Of a stretch of 56,400 nucleotides of DNA, positions 1-10,767 are shown in pieces. The position numbers and the translations under genes were made by a program. A model generated the notes under the pieces. The model did not search any database. It was not told the origin of the DNA and saw only the letters and a list, made by a program, of their open reading frames with translations. Numbering within the stretch: position 1 is the first letter of the stretch; the number at the start of each line of letters is the position of its first letter. Source of the DNA: Candidatus Zixiibacteriota bacterium. GTDB lineage: Bacteria > Zixibacteria > MSB-5A5 > GN15 > PGXB01. The DNA lies in contig DAOUVS010000001.1 of the NCBI GenBank assembly GCA_030667525.1, forward strand, positions 1-56,400, read 5' to 3'.

Positions 1-369
1 ATTGTGATCAAACGGGTTCACATATGGACTCGTTGAAAAATGCATTCCGAATGTACAAGGGTCATCATCTTCTTCACCCTTTTGAAAGATCGCGCCCACT
101 TTATAGAAATGGTCTTTTTGCCCTTCAAGAGATTTGGTTGGGCCTCCTAAGGCGTTTATTTCACCCCAGAAAATATTGGGATAATAATTAATGGTTGAAG
201 GATACATTGAGATATTGGCATTATCTTTTACCACGGTATTAAGGGCTGGCACGAATGTTCCATCATACCAAAAATTACCCATACCCATTGTTTCCAGGCG
301 GGTTTCGGTGGCAAATGCTGAGGATGCCATCAAAGCCAGCATCAATGCTACAAATAGAAATTTTTTCAA
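1..369 (-). CDS. N-terminal part of a secreted/outer-membrane protein (gene continues beyond window start)
   Basis: Absent from the ORF track because it starts with TTG (367-369 on minus), 7 nt after AGAGG. My translation is (M)KKFLFVALMLALMASSAFATETRLETMGMGNFWYDGTFVPALNTVVKDNANISMYPSTINYYPNIFWGEINALGG... The frame stays open to position 1. It has a classic signal peptide with an AFA cleavage site. Confidence 0.5.
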   Translation of the reverse strand, partial: MKKFLFVALMLALMASSAFATETRLETMGMGNFWYDGTFVPALNTVVKDNANISMYPSTINYYPNIFWGEINALGGPTKSLEGQKDHFYKVGAIFQKGEEDDDPCTFGMHFSTSPYVNPFDHN

Positions 370-789
370 AACATACCTCTTTAATTTTATACAAATGTTT
401 TTTTGTTTAATAGTCTGATTTTGTCGTTTCTAATTTAAAAACTTACTTCATAGCTAACGATTAACTTGTTTCACCTCCTTATGTTTAAAGTTGCCAGGCT
501 TAAAAATAGTCTTACGACTCAACTCCCCGTTTCGATTGAATTTATTTTTATCCAAAATTGTTTCCGATTCTAACATTATTTCAATCCCGGCGCAACATTA
601 AAATGAAAAATATGTTACAACTCGATGTATTGTAATGGATAAGGAGGAAGGGGAGGGTCTGTCAAAAAAGGGTTTTTTAGCATATTTTCATGAAATTTGA
701 ATAAATAGCAAAGTCGTACGAAAATCAAGCGGCTATGTTGGTATAGAAAGTATCTATTGAAATTAGAACCCTGCGGTCATCATCAGGTA

Positions 790-999
790 TTACCATAATG
801 CTGTTTCGGGGTCGGAACCTTTCCATTCTTCATGCGGCATAAACATTGAGAAACCGGTGTCGAGTGTGATTCCGGAAATATTCGAGGCGCTGACGGAGAG
901 ATCTAATTCACTGCCATATTCTTTGTCGCCGGCCACATTGCGTTCAACTGCAGATGAAAAGAGATGGAAATCGCCTTCTGAGGTTTGTCTATAATTGAT
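790..999 (-). pseudogene. C-terminal remnant of a beta-barrel outer-membrane protein gene
   Basis: A stop-to-stop frame with no start codon reads INYRQTSEGDFHLFSSAVERNVAGDKEYGSELDLSVSASNISGITLDTGFSMFMPHEEWKGSDPETALW*. It shows the alternating-hydrophobic pattern of barrel strands and ends in an aromatic residue. It is a GC-richer patch inside an AT-rich spacer. Confidence 0.3.
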
Positions 1000-1585
1000 T
1001 TATTTGAGTCGTGCATTCCCATATTTAATATTTTTTGTCACTTTTATTTATGGCCCGGCCGGATTATAGCCATAATGTTAAATTTTGAAGAACCAAAATA
1101 ATAATTATTATTGCAATATTTTTAGTTTATGAAGGGTATTTATTATAGGGTTGGCTGTTTTGGGGGAAACATAAAAAACGGTACAAAAAATAAGAAAGTA
1201 TTTCCTCTTCGCTAACTTCTTACCTGTGCAAGCGAATTATTGCGATGATACTTATGTTTTATGGTCATATGCCGACAATAATTTTAATGATACTGTATAG
1301 AAAATGAGCAAAAATATGGAAATTTATAAATTCAAATATATTTGTTTTTTATTGACAAGATATTTACAAATTTCTACTTTTTAAATGTAAGGTAACATAG
1401 GATGTAAATGACATGACAATATGTCAAAGCAATGGATATGCTTTTATGGGTCGGTTTTTTATTCAATTAATTAAAGATAATAATATATCTAATTAAACAT
1501 CTAATAAACACCCGATGGGTGAAAGGAGGATTTTACAAAATATTAGAATAGTTTATTAACCATTAACCAATGGAGGGTATGAAAA

Positions 1586-4447
1586 TTGAAGAGTAAAACA
1601 ATTTCCATACTGTTAATATTCGCTCTGTCGGTAATGATAGCTTTACCGATGAGCGTTTTTGCCGGAACTTCCGGGAAGTTATCCGGCACAATTATTAGCG
1701 AGGATACCGGTGAACCTCTGCCAGGTGTAGCCGTTTCTATCGCTGGAACAGTAATGGGGGGACTTACCAATGAGGACGGTGAATATTTTGTATTAAATGT
1801 TCCCGTTGGCACCTATGTTGTAAAGGTCTCTCTGATTGGTTATTCCCCGGTTGAAGTCTCGAATGTTAGAGTATCAGTTGACCTGACAAGTTATACTGAT
1901 GTTGCGCTTTCCAAGAAAGCTCTTGATTTGGGGAAAACCATTCGAGTCACTTCCCAGCGCCCATTGATTATCAGAGACAAAACGGCAACTATCAAGATTA
2001 TTGAATCCGAAGATATTGAAAATATGCCAACTCGTGGCTATCAGGATATCGTTGGTTATCAGGCTGGTGTTGTCGCGTTTCGGGATAATCCAAGTACCAG
2101 GCAGCGTGGCGGACGTGAATCAAGCAATACCGCTGAGATAAATATTCGCGGTGGTCGTCCGTCGGAAGTTGCCTATTTTGTCGATGGATTCTCTCAACAG
2201 GATCCTCTTTCCGGTCTGGCCACAGTAAATATAAGCAGTAATTCACTGGCTGAAATTGAGATAACGACCGGTGGATTCAATGCCGAATATGGCTGGGTAG
2301 CTTCCGGTGTTGTTAATGCAACTACCAAAGAAGGTGCTCAAAAATATGCCGGCGCCGTTGATGTAATTACCGATAATATTGGCAATCAGTATGATTACAA
2401 TATCTATAGCGGTAATGTCAGTGGTCCGGTTCCCGGCGTTGAAGGAGCTTCTTTCTTTCTCTCCGGTGAAAGACGGTGGCAGGGCGACCGTCAACCATCA
2501 TCTATTGTGGATGAACAACTGCCGCAGAACTGGCTGGGCGGATGGTCGGGTCATGGCAAGTTGTCATACAAAGTAAATGACAACATGAATCTTAAGGTTG
2601 GCGCCATGTATTCTAGAGACAACTGGTCTCAATACCTGCATACCTATCGCTTTAATATTGAGCATACCCCGCGTTATCTGGATTTAAACCAATCCGGATA
2701 TATTAAATGGACCCATACGCTTTCGCCCAAAACATTTTATACTTTGGCAGGAAGCTATTTCCAAACCGAACGTATGCGCGGCGATGGTGTCTATTTTACC
2801 AATGTTGGTGCTTATCAAAGACCTAACTGGCCGGGAACCGGAGGAAATCCGGCGCAGGATGCAACTGGTTTATTCTGGCAATGGGATGACATGTATGATA
2901 CTTCAGGCGTGACTACTCCCGATACCGACGAAGGTCATATCTATGATGATTATTTGAGAAGAAAATCATCTTATATTGGTATTGATGCTGATATCTCCAG
3001 TCAGGTAACCAATCAGCATCTGCTGAAGTTCGGACTTGACTTCCAGAGGCATACTTTAAGATCATACCGATCATTATTCCCGGCCAATGGCGATATCGTG
3101 AGCGTGGATAACTATGGATATGACGTTTATGGTGTTGAACTTGAATCCGGAGATGAAAATTGGCAAAACGAGGCCAAACATCCGGTAACCTGGGCATTAT
3201 ATCTTCAGGATAAGTTTGAATGGGAAGATATGGTTATCAATGCCGGCCTAAGATTTGATTACTTCAATACTAATACTAAATGGCTGAAAGATATTCAAAG
3301 ACCATTTTACCCGGATTCATCGGTGTCAACAGCCGTAAATAATCCTTCAACTCTTGATGAAGATTATGATTTAGTAGATAGCGAGGCTGAAACCAGATTA
3401 TCACCACGTCTCGGTGTTGGCTTCCCTGTTTCAGATCGCACTGTTCTTCATTTCAGCTATGGTAAATTTTTCCAGAGACCAGAGCTAAATCGCCTATATG
3501 CCAGTTACCGTTTTTATGAATATATGGTGGCAACTGGAGGTTTTTATTATAGCTTTGGTAACCCAAGTCTTGAGCCGGAGAAAATTACCGCCTTTGAGTT
3601 TGGTGTTTCACATCAGCTAAATGATAATACCGCCTTTGAAGTTACCGGTTATTATAAGGATGCGGCAGGTTTAACTCAGGCTACACAATTGACAAATGTT
3701 GATCCTAAGGCGTATAGTATTTTCGTGAATCAGGATTTTGGAACGGTCAAAGGTCTTGATTTTTCACTGAAAATGCGTCGGACGCAGAAAATCGCATTGG
3801 ATTTAAACTATTCGCTGTCATGGGCAACCGGCACCGGTTCATATGCCACGACTCAGAGAAATATAGCCTGGACATTATCTGAGGTTCCTCGGTTTGCCAA
3901 TCCTCTAACTTATGACCAGCGTCATAAGTTTACAGGTATTGTTGACGTTCGTTTTGGTAAGGGCGAAGGACCATTGATTGGCGATATTTATCCTCTGGAA
4001 AATGCCGGTGTTAACTTTATTGTTAATCTGGCCTCAGGAACTCCATATACGCCATCCGCGGCCGGTTATGATCCGGTAACGCTTTTTGCGGTTACCTCGA
4101 CTCCGACGGGAAGCGTAAACTCAAGATATAGTCCCTGGAGATTCAGAATTGATTTGAAGGCTACCAAAACATTATTCTTCAATAATGGCATTAGCCTTGA
4201 TTTCTACGTTTGGGTGATGAATTTACTTGATCGCGATAATGTCTTATCGGTTTATGAAACATCCGGTGATCCGGATGCAACTAATTATCTTGTTACCGGG
4301 GCCGGCACAGACTTTATAGCAAACAATAGTGAAGCTACTGATACATCCGGATTAACAGGAGAGGAAAAATATATATTGGCATCTCAAAACCCGGGCAATT
4401 ATGACATTCCGAGACAGATTCGTTTTGGTCTCAGGATGAGCTTTTAA
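1586..4447 (+). CDS. TonB-dependent-receptor-like outer-membrane barrel with N-terminal carboxypeptidase-regulatory-like domain
   Basis: 953-aa ORF with a TTG start 8 nt after GGAGGG and a signal peptide. It has a CarbopepD_reg-like segment (GTIISEDTGEPLPGVAVSI...GEYFVLNVPVGTYVV) and the plug motif INIRGGRPSEVAYFVDG. The long barrel ends in ...RFGLRMSF. Confidence 0.85.
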   Translation: MKSKTISILLIFALSVMIALPMSVFAGTSGKLSGTIISEDTGEPLPGVAVSIAGTVMGGLTNEDGEYFVLNVPVGTYVVKVSLIGYSPVEVSNVRVSVDLTSYTDVALSKKALDLGKTIRVTSQRPLIIRDKTATIKIIESEDIENMPTRGYQDIVGYQAGVVAFRDNPSTRQRGGRESSNTAEINIRGGRPSEVAYFVDGFSQQDPLSGLATVNISSNSLAEIEITTGGFNAEYGWVASGVVNATTKEGAQKYAGAVDVITDNIGNQYDYNIYSGNVSGPVPGVEGASFFLSGERRWQGDRQPSSIVDEQLPQNWLGGWSGHGKLSYKVNDNMNLKVGAMYSRDNWSQYLHTYRFNIEHTPRYLDLNQSGYIKWTHTLSPKTFYTLAGSYFQTERMRGDGVYFTNVGAYQRPNWPGTGGNPAQDATGLFWQWDDMYDTSGVTTPDTDEGHIYDDYLRRKSSYIGIDADISSQVTNQHLLKFGLDFQRHTLRSYRSLFPANGDIVSVDNYGYDVYGVELESGDENWQNEAKHPVTWALYLQDKFEWEDMVINAGLRFDYFNTNTKWLKDIQRPFYPDSSVSTAVNNPSTLDEDYDLVDSEAETRLSPRLGVGFPVSDRTVLHFSYGKFFQRPELNRLYASYRFYEYMVATGGFYYSFGNPSLEPEKITAFEFGVSHQLNDNTAFEVTGYYKDAAGLTQATQLTNVDPKAYSIFVNQDFGTVKGLDFSLKMRRTQKIALDLNYSLSWATGTGSYATTQRNIAWTLSEVPRFANPLTYDQRHKFTGIVDVRFGKGEGPLIGDIYPLENAGVNFIVNLASGTPYTPSAAGYDPVTLFAVTSTPTGSVNSRYSPWRFRIDLKATKTLFFNNGISLDFYVWVMNLLDRDNVLSVYETSGDPDATNYLVTGAGTDFIANNSEATDTSGLTGEEKYILASQNPGNYDIPRQIRFGLRMSF

Positions 4448-4468
4448 ACCAGGGAGGTTAAGGAGATT

Positions 4469-7400
4469 ATGAAAATAGGAAAAACACTTTTTATTATCTC
4501 GGTACTGGTATGCGCTTATTCGCTGGCGTTGGCTTTGCCGCCTGGGCATGTTGAGTCGGGAATGAACGCATCCAAGCCGGGACAAGCAATGACATTGGAC
4601 ACCAGGACAATGATCAATGTTAATAATCTGCAAATGTTTTGCACCAATATTGGTGGTTTTGCGGAAGACATTTCGGTTATGCTGGAAACAGGCAAAGCCG
4701 ACGGGCTTTATTTCCCAGCCGGCACAGACAGATCTGTTCTGTATTCCGGCGGTGTCTGGATTGGCGGAATAGTTGATGGTGATATTAGAGTTGCCATTGG
4801 GGCCTTTGACGCCCCCGAATATTGGCCAGGACCAGCCGATGATGATGGCGGTGTCCAGGCTGATAATGCCAGTTATAAGATATATAAAATCAATAGTAAC
4901 GCCGATTTTTGGAACAACCCGGTAAAAGCCGGCATTAATATGGCCGATGGAACCCCATATTTGAGAGTTGATTCGGCCCAGCATGTTGATGATTATACTA
5001 ATTGGCCGGTGACTGATGGCGCACCATTGGACGACGATGGTAATCCATTACTGCTTGGAGATCAAACGCTTTGGGCAGTGTTTAATGACGGCGGCTCGCA
5101 TGCTTATGATGGTTATGGCGGCGCCACAGATTCCCTGGGCGTTGAAGTGCATGCGTCTTATTTTGGGTTCAATCGTACCGGTGCTCTGGGAAATACGATC
5201 TACATGAAGTTTATGTTTATCAATAAATCACCAGATATTATCGATTCATTTTATGTGTCACTTTGGGCCGATCCAGATCTTGGTGGAGCATCCGATGACT
5301 TGGTTGGATGCGATACTGTCAGATCGCTCGGATTCTGTTACAATGCGACAAACAGTGATAATACCTATGGTAAGACGCCGCCAGCAGTTGGATATGACTT
5401 TTTGCAGGGACCTATTATTCGCGAAAGCGATAATGATCCCATATATGCAACACACGATTTTTCTGCTGATACGGCTTTCCTGAATACAGGAGATACAATT
5501 CCGCAGGCGTTTATTATGGGTCTTACATCATTCAACAAATATATCAATGGTACCGACCCGGATGAGCCGGAAGAATCATATGGATATATGCGTGGTAATG
5601 ACTCCAAGGGTGGCGAAGGTGGCGATCCTGATACCCCGCCGACAAATCCTCAAACAGGGGAACTGACCCGATTCTATCACCCGGGTGACCCTGTTAAAGG
5701 AACCGGCTGGCTGGATGATACGCCTGCTGACCGCCGGTATATGTGTAATACCGGTCCGTTTACCTTTAAGCCCGATGACACTCAGGTAGTTGTTGCTGCT
5801 GTGGTTGTTGGACAGGGTGCTGATAGAAAAACATCGGTGTTGGTGTTAAAGGCTTATGATGATATAGCTCAGTTCGCCTATGACATGAATTTTGATATTC
5901 CGCCACCACCGCCACAACCAATAGTTACTGCCACAGCTCTTGATAGAAAAATAGTTCTTTCCTGGACCGACAAATCGGAGTTGGAATATGAATCATCAAC
6001 TCACGACTTTGAAGGCTATGTTGTTTATCAAGGTGAAACCATAGCCGGTCCGTGGAAAGAGGCAGCTGTTTTTGATGTAAACGACGGTGAAGCTCTGTTG
6101 TTTGATGATGTCATTGATCCAGACTTTGGAGTTCCCGTATTTCAGCCGGTGGTAACCGGAACAGATGCCGGTGTACAGCATTATATAGAAATTGATGAAG
6201 ATTATGTTTTGGGTGGACCATTGCATAATGGCCGGAGCTATTATTATTGCGTTACTGCCTATTCTTATCCGGTTGGTAGGGCAGAGTCGGTAGCCAAAGG
6301 TTTAAGAGTGCTTAATGGTGCCCCATCGGCTGTAACAGCTATAACGATTGTCCCGATGGACGATCTTCTGGGCAGCGATTGGGAAACTGCGGCAGTAGAT
6401 GACGAAGATGCGGACTATTCCAGAATATCTGATCTTTTGCCGCCAACGACAAACTTCGTAACTGTTGAAGAAATCGACCCAATGTATGTCACGGGTCATG
6501 ATTATGAAGTCAGATTCGCTGCTATTTATCCAGATACGATAATTGATACGGTAACCGCTAGCCCTCTTGATACAGATACTACTTTATCATATAGGGATAC
6601 GACCGATCTATGGCAGGATGGTGCACAGGTTGATATTTTCCAATACTGGGAACTATTTGATGTTACCACTGACCCGGATACTAAACTTCTTGAAAAACAA
6701 TGGAATTTATCGGGCGATGGTAATTACAATGTTGTTGATGGTATTAAGGTAACAGTGATCGGAAATCATGTTCCTGGTTTGGCTGGCTTCAGTTATCTGG
6801 ATAATAATACCGACTATGCAGGTCGGGCAATTAGCTATGTTAATGCGGGCCTTGCGTTTTTTGGTGGCGGCACCGATTACGGAATTAATTTCTGGGGTGG
6901 TTACCTTGATCCGGAAACAATGCCAGATTCATTTTTTACCGTCGAATTGGTTTATACAGATGATATCCCATTGGCTGACCCGAGTAATGTGAGTGGACAG
7001 CGTGCGTATAATTATTGTCGCGGCTGCGATCCCAATTATGGTTATCAGGGATATTTCCAGGTTCCATTTGAAGCTTATGACATGACCGACGCTGACAATC
7101 CGCGTCAGGTTAATGTCTGTTTTGTGGAATCGAATGTCTCTGCCGTCTATGATTCGACATGGAATCCCGATGAATCGGATTTAGGCGGAAGAGAATATAT
7201 CTTTATTATGAAAACTGATTATGATGGTGACGATGAAGCGGATGCCGGCACCGGATCTATAGATTACACAACTGAAGACTTCTATGATGGCGGCACTTTT
7301 GACTTTGTTTATGCCGGTTGGTTTAGACATCGCCCGGTCGCAACTGAAGGTGATCCAACAAGAATCATTGATGACGGCGATGCTCTTCAATGGCTGTGGG

Positions 7401-7807
7401 CAAATCCGGCTGATAATAATGATGTCTTTTCATTTTCCACTACAGCTGCGACAGTAGATAATGCCGCTTTGGCTGAAGCGGCAATTGATGATATCAGAGT
7501 TATCCCTAATCCATACTATGCTTATTACAATGAAGAAGTCGATCAATTTGATAGAAAGGTCCGTTTCATGGGACTTCCTGAGGAGTTCACCATGAGAATA
7601 TTTAATGTTGCGGGCGATATGGTCAAACGGCTGGATTATACCGATAAACGTTTGATGAGTGATAGCTATATGGATTGGAACCTTCTGACTGATCAAGGTC
7701 TGCCGGTTGCTTCCGGTGTTTATATCTGGTATGTCGAATCGGAAGCAGGCACAAAATACGGCAAGTTCGCAGTTATTCAAGAAGTTGAACAATTAAACAC
7801 TTACTAA
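4469..7807 (+). CDS. Large secreted protein of unknown function with T9SS/FlgD-Ig-like C-terminal domain
   Basis: 1112-aa ORF with AAGGAG 6 nt upstream and a signal peptide (MKIGKTLFIISVLVCAYSLALA). It contains a PPPPPQP linker. The C-terminal ~90 aa read VIPNPYYAYY...GVYIWYVESEAGTKYGKFAVIQ. It lies 21 nt after the barrel gene and 1 nt before the next gene. Confidence 0.8.
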   Translation: MKIGKTLFIISVLVCAYSLALALPPGHVESGMNASKPGQAMTLDTRTMINVNNLQMFCTNIGGFAEDISVMLETGKADGLYFPAGTDRSVLYSGGVWIGGIVDGDIRVAIGAFDAPEYWPGPADDDGGVQADNASYKIYKINSNADFWNNPVKAGINMADGTPYLRVDSAQHVDDYTNWPVTDGAPLDDDGNPLLLGDQTLWAVFNDGGSHAYDGYGGATDSLGVEVHASYFGFNRTGALGNTIYMKFMFINKSPDIIDSFYVSLWADPDLGGASDDLVGCDTVRSLGFCYNATNSDNTYGKTPPAVGYDFLQGPIIRESDNDPIYATHDFSADTAFLNTGDTIPQAFIMGLTSFNKYINGTDPDEPEESYGYMRGNDSKGGEGGDPDTPPTNPQTGELTRFYHPGDPVKGTGWLDDTPADRRYMCNTGPFTFKPDDTQVVVAAVVVGQGADRKTSVLVLKAYDDIAQFAYDMNFDIPPPPPQPIVTATALDRKIVLSWTDKSELEYESSTHDFEGYVVYQGETIAGPWKEAAVFDVNDGEALLFDDVIDPDFGVPVFQPVVTGTDAGVQHYIEIDEDYVLGGPLHNGRSYYYCVTAYSYPVGRAESVAKGLRVLNGAPSAVTAITIVPMDDLLGSDWETAAVDDEDADYSRISDLLPPTTNFVTVEEIDPMYVTGHDYEVRFAAIYPDTIIDTVTASPLDTDTTLSYRDTTDLWQDGAQVDIFQYWELFDVTTDPDTKLLEKQWNLSGDGNYNVVDGIKVTVIGNHVPGLAGFSYLDNNTDYAGRAISYVNAGLAFFGGGTDYGINFWGGYLDPETMPDSFFTVELVYTDDIPLADPSNVSGQRAYNYCRGCDPNYGYQGYFQVPFEAYDMTDADNPRQVNVCFVESNVSAVYDSTWNPDESDLGGREYIFIMKTDYDGDDEADAGTGSIDYTTEDFYDGGTFDFVYAGWFRHRPVATEGDPTRIIDDGDALQWLWANPADNNDVFSFSTTAATVDNAALAEAAIDDIRVIPNPYYAYYNEEVDQFDRKVRFMGLPEEFTMRIFNVAGDMVKRLDYTDKRLMSDSYMDWNLLTDQGLPVASGVYIWYVESEAGTKYGKFAVIQEVEQLNTY

Positions 7808-7826
7808 TGTGGGAGGAGTGATAGTG

Positions 7827-8855
7827 ATGTATAGAAAGTTAGTAATAATATGCGTTATTTCGATCCTGGCCCTCGCATCAGTAAGTATGGCCGGATCAGA
7901 TAGACGTTTAGGGACAGCCGGTGCGCAGTATCTCAAAATACCTGTCGGTTCCAGAGGAACCGCCATGGCCGGGGCGATTGGTGCTGATGTGTATGGCGCC
8001 GAGGCGATATTTTATAATCCTGCCGGCGTTGCCATGATTGAAGGTACGGAGGTTATGTTTTCGCACCTTAATTATTTTGCCGATATGGACCTCAACTATT
8101 TTGCTATAACCACTGCAATTGAGGATTTTGGATCGATAGGTTTTTCGGCCAAAATTCTTTCAGTTGGGGAAATTATCAAAACTACGTGGAATGCTTCAAC
8201 CCCTGAAGGTACGGGCGAAACGTATAATCCTTCTTCGGCTGTAATTGGGTTGACATATTCCCGTGTTCTGACCGACAGGGTTACTTTTGGCATTACAGGT
8301 AAATTTATAAATGAGCAAATTGACCTGGTTTCTGCCAGTGGTATGGCTATTGATTTTGGTGTCAATTATGATACCAAATGGAATAATCTAAGGCTGGGAC
8401 TTATTATCAAGAATCTTGGTCCTTCAATGGCATTTGAAGGTGAAGGTCTTGATGTATCGGCCCAGGCTCCTGACACATATCCTCAGACCTCGCCAGAGAA
8501 AACTCTCTCTGCCAAATCAGCCAGCTTTGAGCTGCCGGCATGGGCGCAGTTATCAATGGCCTGGGACGCTTATAGTCAGGATATGCACCGTGCCACGGTT
8601 TTTGGAACATTTCAGGCAAATACCTTTTCCAAAGACCTGTTCCGCGGCGCCTTTGAATATGCTTATGACGAGAAGTATTTCATCAGAGGCGGATATACCC
8701 TTGATGATAGCCAGCTAGATTATCTTTACGGGTTGACCTTCGGAGTCGGTGCAGTATTTGGTTTTGGAGATACCGAAGTTACCTTCGAGTATTCCTGGAA
8801 CCAGACCGAGTACTTCGATAACAATCAGTATTTTACCGGGAAAATTAACTTCTAA
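7827..8855 (+). CDS. PorV/PorQ-family outer-membrane protein
   Basis: The ORF-track frame is 7809-8855. I prefer the ATG at 7827, 8 nt after GGGAGGAG. It has a signal peptide, and the N-terminal hallmark GTAGAQYLKIPVGSRGTAMAGAIGADVYGAEAIFYNPAGVA resembles PorV/FadL-like proteins. The beta-barrel pattern ends in an aromatic F. Confidence 0.75.
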   Translation: MYRKLVIICVISILALASVSMAGSDRRLGTAGAQYLKIPVGSRGTAMAGAIGADVYGAEAIFYNPAGVAMIEGTEVMFSHLNYFADMDLNYFAITTAIEDFGSIGFSAKILSVGEIIKTTWNASTPEGTGETYNPSSAVIGLTYSRVLTDRVTFGITGKFINEQIDLVSASGMAIDFGVNYDTKWNNLRLGLIIKNLGPSMAFEGEGLDVSAQAPDTYPQTSPEKTLSAKSASFELPAWAQLSMAWDAYSQDMHRATVFGTFQANTFSKDLFRGAFEYAYDEKYFIRGGYTLDDSQLDYLYGLTFGVGAVFGFGDTEVTFEYSWNQTEYFDNNQYFTGKINF

Positions 8856-8874
8856 TTTTTCCGCAGAATCTAAT

Positions 8875-8910
8875 AAGCCGGGTGATTATATTATCACCCG
8901 GCTTTTTTTG
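8875..8910 (+). terminator. Rho-independent terminator of the barrel/giant-protein/PorV operon
   Basis: The stem is aagccgggtgat / atcacccggctt (12-bp perfect) with a 6-nt loop, followed by a T-run. Confidence 0.85.
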
Positions 8911-9051
8911 TCTAAGAAGTCGCTGCTCGATTTTTAGGATAAAATTTAATCAAATTATGCCATTTACTCTAAAGGTTTCATGGAACCTTGATATATTCCA
9001 AAAATAGTCTATTTTTCCTGAGTTTTTGGTGCTATTTTGGGAAAAAACCTG

Positions 9052-9079
9052 TTGACATTCCTGCTATAGCTATTATATT
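9052..9079 (+). promoter_or_regulatory. Sigma70-like promoter for gdhA
   Basis: TTGACA (9052-9057), a 16-nt spacer, then TATATT (9074-9079), about 60 nt upstream of the gdhA ATG. Confidence 0.5.
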
Positions 9080-9130
9080 CGACTGGCTTTGTGAAAATAT
9101 TAACAAGCTTTTAACACTAGAGGTTTGTAG

Positions 9131-10483
<1,353 letters not shown>

Positions 10484-10534
10484 TTACTGAATATTTGTAG
10501 GTCGAAATCCCGTAGGGTTTCGACAATATAGATC

Positions 10535-10563
10535 AAGGCGGGAATTTTTTCCCGCCTTTTTTA
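10535..10563 (+). terminator. Rho-independent terminator after gdhA
   Basis: Stem ggcggga / tcccgcc followed by TTTTTT. A second weaker hairpin (gtcgaaa...tttcgac) lies at 10501-10524. Confidence 0.8.
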
Positions 10564-10767
10564 TTGGTAAAATTGCACTGGCATAATATCTTTAAAGATT
10601 TGATATAGAAGCCAATGTTGTCAGCTTACATTTGCCTTCTTCGCGGAAGACCTGATAGATCGATAAAAGAAAGAATGAAAGAGTTATTGTTATTGATTTG
10701 CAGCATAATCTTTACTATTTATGTGATAAAGGCACCAGCAAAAAGATGCCTACTGAAAAAGTAAAGA

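Noticed and set aside
191-418. 75-aa plus-strand ORF at the window start.
   Set aside because: It lies antisense to a better-supported minus-strand gene that has an SD, a TTG start and a textbook signal peptide.
4352-4984. 210-aa minus-strand ORF overlapping the end of the barrel gene and the start of the 1112-aa gene.
   Set aside because: It is a shadow ORF opposite two well-supported plus-strand genes, with no recognisable motifs.
10675-10764. 29-codon hydrophobic ORF (MKELLLLICSIIFTIYVIKAPAKRCLLKK) ending 3 nt before the nhaA frame.
   Set aside because: It could be a small membrane peptide or an upstream ORF. However, it has only a weak purine-rich patch as an SD and nothing I can compare it with, so the evidence is too thin to call.
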